Shown: piece after piece, positions 51,001-60,477 of the stretch
Position numbering within the stretch: the stretch's first letter is position 1
Layout of the letters: the number at the start of each line of letters is the position of its first letter
From: Nemertoderma westbladi
Taxonomy: Eukaryota; Animalia; Xenacoelomorpha
Reading direction: 5' to 3'
DNA: 64,000 nucleotides
Assembly (NCBI GenBank): GCA_032718475.1
Contig: JAUCBJ010007194.1
Location: 1-64,000 of the forward strand
The notes under the pieces: generated by a model
Database searches by the model: none
Told to the model about the DNA's origin: nothing
What the model saw: the letters and a program-made list of their open reading frames with translations, nothing else
Translations under genes and position numbers: made by a program

Positions 51001-53065
51001 TAGCCATCATACTTAGTCGCACGACGATGGACCAATGGAGACATTGCCCCGGAACGATTAATCCAGCAGACATCGCTTCCCGAGGAGCGACTCCAAAGGA
51101 ATTGGTAAATACTCCTGAATGGTTAGGTGGACCCGACTTTCTCTACCGAGAAGAAGAAGAATGGCCTCCCCATCTCACAACAGCAGAGATCAGACAGGCC
51201 AAGGGAGCGGAGAAAGTTAAACCCAAAACTCGAGCGAGTAAATCGAAGTTGTTTAAACCTGCGGTTGATCTATCTGTATTATTTACTTCCGGAGAGGATG
51301 CTTTGGATCAGAAACCCACCGCCACGACTAAAGAAATCTTGGAAATCCGTGACAAGGATTGGAAATCTGGAATACCAGATATCGCGCAAGGACTCTCACC
51401 TCTCTTGCAGAGAGCGATACGTCACTACAGTTCCTGGAATCGGCTCTGTAAAGCTGTTAGCCTATTTGAAACGATGTTTTCATCATCGTTACTCCGGAGA
51501 CAAAGACCAATAGTGATGATGCTCCATCAACATCTGCACGAGTCCATGTTGTTAAAGATCTTCCTAAATACAAGATATCCGACAGGTTTCTAAAGGAAAA
51601 GATCAGTTACCAGGAGCATGATGAAACCAACAAACAGATGCTGAGACTCCTACAATGCTATGAGGATTCCGATAAGTATTTCCTGTTGTTAAGAAATCCA
51701 CAGATGCGCTTAAGGGATCGCTTCTCTAGTACCATGATAGATGGGTTAATACGTGTTGGAGGTCGGCTCACCAACGCCCCGTTATCCTTTGACACTAAGT
51801 TTCCCATACTCATTAGAAATCTTGATATACAAATCAAGATGATTGTAGATGTTCATAGCAAACTGTACCATGCTGGTAGAGAACGAGTTCTGAGCGAAAT
51901 TCGAACTCACTACTATTTTTATAAACCCCGTAGGGCTCTGAACCAAGTTCTTAGGAACTGCATACCCTGTAGGAAAGCATTCAGTAGGCCTTTGACACAG
52001 CGAGAGGCAGAATTACCTAGGGAAAGAGTAAGCTTCTATGAACCACCCTTTACTAATACCGGTGTGGATTTATTTGGCCCTATTGAAGTATATCGTGCCC
52101 GGACTATAGTCAAGAGATGGTATGTCATCTTCGTTTGTATGACTTGTAGAGCTATCCATCTCGATATGGTAAACGATCTATCCACCAACAGCTTCGTGTT
52201 GAGTTTACGACGACAGATCGCTCGTTTCGGAACCAGTAACACGATGAGATCGGATAAGGGAACGAACTTCATTGGCGCCAACAACGAAATTCAAGCTTAC
52301 GTAAAGGACTGGAACAAGAGACAGGTGGACGATCAGCTAAGGATAACAGCGTCTAGCTGGACCTTCAACGCCGCCGACGCCCCTTGGTGGGGAGGAAGTT
52401 GGGAGAGATTGATTAGGAGCGTGAAGACTGCGTTCCACTTTATTGTGCCTTGTCGCGCTTATCTCACCGACGAATTATTGCGGACGTTAATGGAGAAAAT
52501 CGCCGCCTATCTCAACGAAAGACCGCTTATGCCAGTCTCTTCAAATCCTGATTCCCTGGAAGCGCTAACACCCGCGCACTTTCTACTGAAGAAGCCCGTA
52601 GCCATGCTCCCACGATCGGAGATCACAGACGGAGACGAGTACTGCCGTCGAACCTGGCAACTTATGCAGTTGCTATCCCGTCGTTTCGCTGACCATTTCG
52701 AGAAACATTACCTGCCCACTCTACAACTTCGAACTAAGTGGTTTGAGCAGCAAGAAAACGTCAGCGCTGGAGACATGGTGCTTATTGTGGACCCCGATCT
52801 CCCACGTAAGCGATGGCAAACAGGTCGTATCATCGAGACCCATATCTCGAGCGATGGTTTGGTGCGATCAGTAGAACTCGTCGTCATGCGGCGTAACTTT
52901 AAGAAACCAGGGATAGTCTTTGAGACTCAACAGCTCAATCGCCCAGTGGGTCGTTTATGTTTACTGGAAAGAGACAGAGAGCTCTCCGGAAACTATGGAA
53001 GGCAAGAAATTCTTCCCACGACCACTTCCCTAATTCAACCGACATCTAGGGACTCCCCAACTTAA
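45012..53065 (+). pseudogene. BEL/Pao gag-pol of copy B, disabled
   Basis: Same domains as copy A plus the full gag N-terminus with an (AAAAEAK)n coiled-coil repeat at ~46190-46320. Premature TAG at 49506-49508 (CAG in copy A) and two +1 insertions near 51460 and 51500. Confidence 0.95.
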
Positions 53066-54503
53066 TATCGTTCGGAGTGGGCGTGTGACTCTATTATTTT
53101 ATATTATTTTATTATTTTTATATTTATGTATGTATTACTATGTAATTTTATTATAATCGTTTTATTTAATTTAGTAGAATATTATTTAGCGATTATTTAG
53201 TAGAATAGTGCAATATATTAGTGTTTATTACGTACGTAATTACTTATATTATATTTAGTGAGACGGCGAAGAAATAATTATTTTTTCTCTTTCCTTACTG
53301 TCCGTATTATATTATAAATACGTAACTACAGTAAGATGAAATGTCCGTACTTATTAAAGTACAATAAAGCCACTACTATATTAAAGTATTATTGGTAGGC
53401 AGAGTATTAGGAATGCAAAGTTCAGATCCTCGTGTCTCGGCTAAACCAAGCTCTGGGTAGACCTTGGAAACGACTTGCCTCTTCACACTGACATTGCTTC
53501 GTGCGATATTGCTCTCATACCGTATATTAAATAATACATATAGTAGCGTGATGTCCCTTTAACAGTAGCGTATAACGCGAAATAAATCTGTTAAACCCTT
53601 TGACCATCTGTAATTCTAGTCGATTAAGATATCGTGGCACCCACCGATATACTTGAAAGACAAATTCTAGAATCAGTGGTTAACGTCCCCAGACAAGTTC
53701 TGGAATATACTGGTGCCCATCCTAAATATTAATTATTAATATTTACAAAAATCTGTCAAATATCAGATCCTTTAAAATTCTAGTCGATTAAGATATCGTA
53801 GCACTTACCGATACTCTTAAAAGGACAAAATTCCTAGAATTAAGGATCCTATGTCCCCAGACCTGCCTTGGAATCAAATTGTGTCAATTTAACATTAAAT
53901 AATAAAATTTACGGGAATGAATTTAAATTCATATATTTTAATGAATTTAATAAATTGCAATTTTATGCAATTTATAACATTCCCAAAATTCCATTAATTA
54001 ATAGATCATGGGAGCGGAGATTCACTCTATTAAGTGTATTTGTGTGTGAGAATCTCCAATGTATAGTCAATAGCCGATAAAATTCATAGAATCATGTATA
54101 AAGGGGATATTGACCATTAAAGAATTACTATTAAATAGCATCCCAGATCTGTATGCATGAGAATTACCCTAATTCTACCGCTAGCTTTACATAATGTCAC
54201 CATAGCAACAACCACGCTAGAATTAGAATTGAGTTAAAAGAACAATAGAAAGCTTGTCCCATTGAATAGCATAGGAAATAAATAGTGCACTGATAGTATC
54301 CAAGGATACATAATAATACAGTGACATTCTGGAAGGCATTGACTAACGGACAAGTGACCCGAGTGTGTGTAATTTGTGACAAGTTGTGTGTGTGGTATTT
54401 GTGAGTTTATAGGCGAATGTTACTACTAAGGTGTGTTTACAGTAGCGAGTCGCAATTGTGAAAGTAACCCTAACTCTCCAGTAAGAACCTGAGGTGTATC
54501 TAA

Positions 54504-54659
54504 GCCTTTGGGACGGACAGTCGAGTGACTTGTACCGGTTGTCGTTGTCGTTGTGCGGCTACGTCGTTGGCGAAAGTATAGCGGCGACGACACATCGGTG
54601 CTGAGGATCTCGCACTGTCCGGGGGCGGATTGGGGTAGGCAGCGACGCTCGCTGGCCTA
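54504..54659 (+). ncRNA. Conserved structured RNA element upstream of the accessory ORF, copy B
   Basis: Stems cggacagt/actgtccg, cgag/ctcg, gtaccggt/atcggtgc and tgtcgttgtcgttgtgc/gtatagcggcgacgaca (17/17 paired, 5 G-U), then a taggcagcga/tcgct-g-gccta hairpin. Confidence 0.7.
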
Positions 54660-54703
54660 AATATAAACTCATTATAATATTAATAAACTCATATATAGCA
54701 GAT

Positions 54704-56037
54704 ATGACGGAGTTGATAGAAGACGGTCTTGGTATCAGGGAGCGATATAATCTACTTTCAAGCGTTTGTTGATAGCTTGATAAGCGGTGATACTAGTCCA
54801 ACTACTACGAAGGATGATGGTTGATGGTTGTTATATCGAACCTACGATTTCCTGGAAGTAACTTACGCGTGAATTGGACTATGGAAAATTCACCGCTCGC
54901 TACACGCATTGTAATGGTATGTATATGGACTTCTTAACCATTGACCATTCTATCGGTTTACACGATACGGACTATGTCGAACATATCCTACCCAGAGGAG
55001 TCGAAACGATAAACCAAAATTCTAATGCGAAAATCCTATTCGAAATCGACTCGAAAGAAAAGACATTAAAGAAACAAATAAACGCGGTAACTCCAACATA
55101 TATTTGGAATTCTTGATAGAAGCATTGTAACAACAAATAAATATCATCCGCGTTTCCCCTACAAGACGTGCGTCTTTGGTATTATTACGATAAATGCCCT
55201 AGACCCAGCCAATAAACGGAAAGACATAAACATCCACGGAAACGTTGTGTTAAACACAGTTGTGCTCGTTATATTTACTGGAGTTTCGAGCGAAACTTGT
55301 TTGACATACAACCTATGCTCACTCGGCTCGAACGATCCTGGAGTAAACCTACGATCAGAGTCCCGGAATACTCGGTCAAACCTCCTCATTCCTTAGTTGG
55401 ACCTCAGACCTGCGATCCTGGTGGTGTCGCGGATCCTCGCGGACGGTATTCACTGTTCAAGATCTAGTGCTACCCTAACAATTAATCGGTAACACTCCGA
55501 CAGTGATTTCTAGCTAGCCGCCCATCTTACCTAGCCGGATTATGACGCGGACACCTAATATCACTATCCAACCGTATGGTCGTCCCGTTTAACGCGATAC
55601 AACCCTTCATCAAGGTGAAGGAGAGCGTTGTACGAAACGAGTTAAACGCTATTCTATAAAGATCAAAAAAGAAACCTGCGTTTGTTCAGATAAACGTAAG
55701 TTATAACAGTAAGTCCAATCGATAAACGAATTGGCCTTATCTCAGTTCGATTGGGAAATCTCGAATCTCAAAGAAGATATCAAGCTTAGAAAACCCTATT
55801 CTCTGCGAGAGTTTTGGACGAACGTATCCCATGACAAGCGGAGGAAAATCAGCTCGAGGAGAAGCATATCGAAATGGACGAGACACCGACCGTAAACCCA
55901 AACCTTCTAATGCAATCATATTGCACCCTTCACCCAGGAGTTATGGCCCTCCTAGTAAAGTGGCTCCCCCCAAAGAGAAAAAGACTCTTGCTAGCCTCAA
56001 AAAACTGCGTAAACGCCGTCTGCGCAAGAAAGACTAA
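54704..56037 (+). pseudogene. Degenerate accessory ORF region of copy B
   Basis: Start is homologous to the 132-aa ORF. The last ~42 codons (AIILHPSPRSY...KKLRKRRLRKKD) are homologous to the end of the 591-aa ORF. The middle ~0.8 kb does not align to copy A by eye. Confidence 0.65.
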
Positions 56038-56115
56038 CTGTTTAGAGTATCTTTATATTTTAGAAACTGTGATTTGTTATATTTTATAGACTTAAATCCC
56101 ATTTTCTGGGAGCGG

Positions 56116-57346
56116 TGTAAAAGCTTTTGCGTAATTAGCCGGTTATTATCCCCGTAAAGTACTCTGTGGTTGGTTTACCAGGCATAAAAAGGCCGTGTCC
56201 TTGCTGTACTGGTGTTTTGGAGGACATAAAAGCCATTTCTTCTGTATTTGTACTTTAGAGGACATAATCTGCAATTTCATGACGTAAAAAGCTCGATACT
56301 CTTGAAAACAGTGTCGCTACCATGACGACGGCTAACGGCTGATATTGCCACGTTGCAGCTTTCTGTATCTGCCAATAGGATTTGAGTTGGTTTTGATTTC
56401 GACCTATCACAGATCTACTGAACTGAATTTCCTATCTTTATGCTCATTCTCTGTGGTGGGTGGAAGCCTTTGTAAATAAGGTTATTCTTATCAGTGTTCA
56501 GTGTTATGTTTTTGCCCAGAGCCTAAGAACCGGCTTTTGGCACCTCCGTGTTTCAGTCTTTAGTCTTACATTAGTAGGCTCAATTATAGAACGTATATCT
56601 GTTATCTTAATTATCTTAACTTCTTAACCACTCACGAGTTACACAAGTTAACTCATTCACTTAATAATCATTTATACATTAATATTACTGCTTTTACTGT
56701 CGGTCATTCATTATATTGGTTGATGAAATATTATATCGGAATACTGATCAATAGTCAGACACCCCACCTTCTTGATATACTAAAGGTTAGAGAGACCGGT
56801 TACAGATAAACGATTGCGACCTGTGTTGAGTGGTTTGAAGTGAATCTAATGCTATTTCATATGCCCAACATAAATTGTCTGTTGCTCTCTTTATACGTGA
56901 CCAAATTTAGTGAAGGTCGGCAGATTAGTGTGCAGTATTGTGCAGCATTGTGTATGAGTGTAACTGATAACAAAACATCTCCTAAAGAATGTGCCATATA
57001 CGTGAATCTATAGCCTTTTCGTTGTGACTAGTTTAAGTCATAACTCTGTTTATATAGATAGAGCGCCACGTCCTAAAGGAACTGTTAATATTTCCCGAAA
57101 GTGAATAATATTTGTCAGAGATTATATATCACGATCAGTCGAATAATACAGTAGGCTTACACCATCAATCATTAAGCCCCGAACTCAGTCTCCCGGGTAT
57201 ATCCAACGGGTGAATGATTGCGCATAGACTGGCTTCGGCTAATGTAGTGTATCAAATACTCGTCATAGGCTAAAGACTATCTATCATCCAAAAGACATTC
57301 TAATTTTGGCAGGTTAAACTGTCAAAGGTCTTTAAAAGCGCAAACA
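56116..57346 (+). repeat. 3' LTR of copy B (1231 bp)
   Basis: Direct repeat of 41474-42710. Confidence 0.97.
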
Positions 57347-58223
57347 GATCAGTTTATAAGACAACTTCATGTCTACGGAATGAAGACGGGACTCGAATAA
57401 GCGACTCTGCGGTCTTTGCGGGATTACACGGAATAGACTTATCGGTCATCGGAGATCTTCAAAATGTATAATCTCCAGTTCTAGTGGTCGTACGAAGTTC
57501 GTTTTAGGCTCATTCGAAAGCTCTTTTCTTAGAGAACAAAGTTACCATTTGATTTAAGACAAAATGGTTCTAAAGCAACATAACATGAATTTTGATAAAA
57601 TATGCCTTGCAAATTTTGTTCAAGATATGATTGCTCCGGCACCTTTCAAGAGTTTGCCAAACCAAATGGTAACTTTGGTCTCTGAGAAAAGAGCTTTCGA
57701 ATGAGCCCTAAACGAACTCCGTACGACCACTAGAACTGGAGATTATACATTTTGAAGATCTCCGATGACCGATAAGTCTATTCCGTGTAATCCCGCAAAG
57801 ACCGCAGAGTCGCTTATTCGAGTCCCGTGTTCATTCCGTAGACATGAAGTTGTCTTATAAACTGATCAGTAGGTCCAATAATCATAAAAAAATACCTTCT
57901 CAATTAAAATTTTGTGCTCTTTCTCGTGGAGACATCCAATTAGCACCACTGAGCACAGAAATTTGCAGAAATTGAATGCAAACCCCAAACTTTATCGCCT
58001 TACCGATATCGCGATATATCGGAGCCAGTCTCTTCTATCCCAGATATCTCGAAAAGTAAGCAATATATAGGAAAACGGTTTCCATACTTAGATTCAGCAT
58101 GAAATTCTGCATCAGATAGGATATGTTTCAAAAATTCGACTTTTTGGTCAGAAAATGCGCTACCCCCCCAATTGGAGTAACTCGGTCTTATCATCATTCA
58201 TCTTTAAGGGGGGGGGGGCCCCC

Positions 58224-59110
58224 TTAAAGATGAATGATGATAAGACCGAGTTACTCCTATTGCAGAATCGTTTCGGATGCCACGTAGTCCCTCCGACAGT
58301 TCAATGTGGTGCTGACACAATAGTGACTAGCACGCATGCACGCAATATTGGGTTTGTTATGGACTCACACTTAACATTTTCAAAACAAATTGCAGCAACA
58401 GTACGTGATTAATTTTTTCAATTACGTAATATATCAAAGATAAAACGGTATTTGTCAAGATACGACCTCGAAATATTGATCCATGCCCTAGTGACAAGCA
58501 AACTGGACATCAGCAATTCCCTCTAGTATGGTCTGCCAGTTAAGTTCATAAAGAAATTACAATACGTACAGAATGCGGCAACACGATTGCTGGCTGGTAC
58601 TAGGAAGAGTGATCACATTACTCCAGTCCTTAAAGACCTGCATTGGCTTCCGATTAATCGCCGCATTCAGTTTAAAATAGCTCTACTAACATACAAATGT
58701 CTTAATGGCTGTGCTCCATCATATTTGGTAGACCTACTGACGCCTTACGACCCCTCTCGCCAGCTACGATCCCGTGATGCAGGAATGCTTGCTAGTCGTC
58801 CCCCGGTATCGCCTGGAAAACTATGGGTAACGGACATTCTCCATCGCTGCTCCTACAGTATGGAACACTCTACCCCTCAACATACGACGTTCGCCAACAT
58901 TAAATGCCTTCAAGACGGGACCCGAAACACATATTTTTAAACAGGAATATGTCATCTAACTCACAGAGAACATCTCTTTTTAACTCTTTCCTTTTTTTAG
59001 CGTTGTCTTTGTTTTTAATTCAGTAAATTTTATATTGTGATATTTTTATAGCGCCTTGAAATAATGGCCAGAAAGGCGCTCTATAAATTATTATTATTAT
59101 TATTATTATA
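58224..59110 (+). pseudogene. L2-type LINE, right part with 3' tail
   Basis: LKMNDDKTELL, HITPVLKDLHWLPI..RIQFKI and the L2-like end GGCGCTCTATAAAT(TAT)n. Confidence 0.9.
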
Positions 59111-59114
59111 AATG

Positions 59115-59648
59115 CGTTGAAATCATGTAAGGAATGGGGAAAGAGGTCGAACTAGTGTAATGGGTTTATACTCAGTTGGCTGGTAGAAATGTTCCAAACG
59201 CTGTAAGGAATGGAGAAATTGGGTGAATTCATGTAAGGGTTATTATACCAACAGTATTAGAAGAGTATACTTAGACTAACATGTGGTATTATTCTAGGCA
59301 GTATAACATTGGGATATGGTTTATACGGGGCTGTATGAGTAAGCTAAAACAATTAGAACATTAGCTATACTATTGTCTAGGGATACATTCCTTTGATTGA
59401 CATTGTTTTTGCCGTGAGGATCAGTATTGATCGGGAAACTCAAGGAGAAAATGGTGTGAAAAACGATTCCTTATACAACATTAGTTCCTCTCTAAATACA
59501 TGTATACCGCTATTTTTTACTATTTTTTACATTTTTTTTAAGTCACCTGACAATGAACCGTTTAATAGGCAGATACCAGCCAACTGAGTATAAAACCCTT
59601 ACACTAGTTCGACCCCTCTCTCCATCCATTCCTTACATGATTTCAACG
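59115..59648. mobile_element. MITE-like element with ~70-bp imperfect TIRs
   Basis: cgttgaaatcatgtaaggaatgg...tcgaactagtgtaa...tatactcagttggctggta is mirrored at 59575-59648. Confidence 0.75.
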
Positions 59649-59774
59649 TCCAATCAAATAATATCTCATTAACCAATCCCATGTGTTAATGCAAGAGGTG
59701 TTCCTGGTATTGTAAGGATTGGGAATACGCGCCCTGGAAGGATCTAATTTCCACTGACCGAGCTCGCTCGACCT

Positions 59775-60290
59775 AGTAAGAGTAGTACGAACAGGCAGTA
59801 CGGAGGGTAGAGGTTAATTGGTTGCGGTAAGTAGTAAAAACTAAGTGATTATTTTGAGAGGGGTTTTTAATATAGGCACGGTACAGTTTATTTTTTGTAA
59901 GGGTACAGTTAATTAGGTTTTCGGTCATCCATGGTTTAAGTGGAATGGAATGAGGGGGGACTGCGGTACGGGGGACGTGTCTAGAACTTTGTAAGCCTTG
60001 AGAACATAGAAGGACATTGTAAAAGTTGTCGAATTTATCGGAAGTGCTCAAGTTATTAGTAAAGGTACTAGTGCTCAATACAGATAGATTGAAGTTTGAG
60101 AAATCGAACTTAAATGTTTGTTTAGGGGCAATGGAAGAAGAGGAGTATTTTTCGAGAATAACAAAGGTGGGTTGGTGGTCGCTGGTGCCAATTTTACAAG
60201 AAATTGTAACGGGATTAGTTGAGTAAGTTGTGATGTTAGTAAAGATATGGCCGATTAGTGTTTCAGAGTGAATGGTACGACCTGTAAGTT
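59775..60290 (-). pseudogene. LINE fragment (end of AP endonuclease and linker)
   Basis: Minus-strand SETLIGHIFTN, SDHQP, KPWMT..LINC...KNKLY...YRNQL. Confidence 0.7.
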
Positions 60291-60477
60291 CACAGTGAAA
60301 ATTCGAGTAGGTCGATTAAATAATTCTCTCAATTAATAATAATTATATTATAATTATACAATTATCACAATTAATCATTTATAACACCATTGATCAAATC
60401 ATAATTAATTAATATTATTGCACACAAGAATGTTAGGAATAGCACGACTTAGGATATAGGTTACCCTGGAAGGTGAG

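Larger units (their letters stand above)
41474..57346 (+). mobile_element. Full-length BEL/Pao LTR retrotransposon, copy B (15.9 kb)
   Basis: TG...CA LTR pair, 5-bp TSD GATCA (41469-41473, 57347-57351), gag-pol, PPT-like GGGAGCGG at 56108-56115. Confidence 0.98.
41324..58223. mobile_element. TTAA-targeting MITE (Kolobok-like GG...CC ends), about 1 kb, split by BEL copy B
   Basis: TTAA at 41320-41323 and 58224-58227. 41341-41450 is the inverted counterpart of ~58060-58165. Internal long inverted repeat 57347-57880. Superfamily is inferred only from the TSD and termini. Confidence 0.8.

Noticed and set aside
54570-54610. Hammerhead-like words CGAAA and CTGAGGA in the structured element
   Set aside because: Stem II cannot form in the required topology, and copy A has CTGAGAA.
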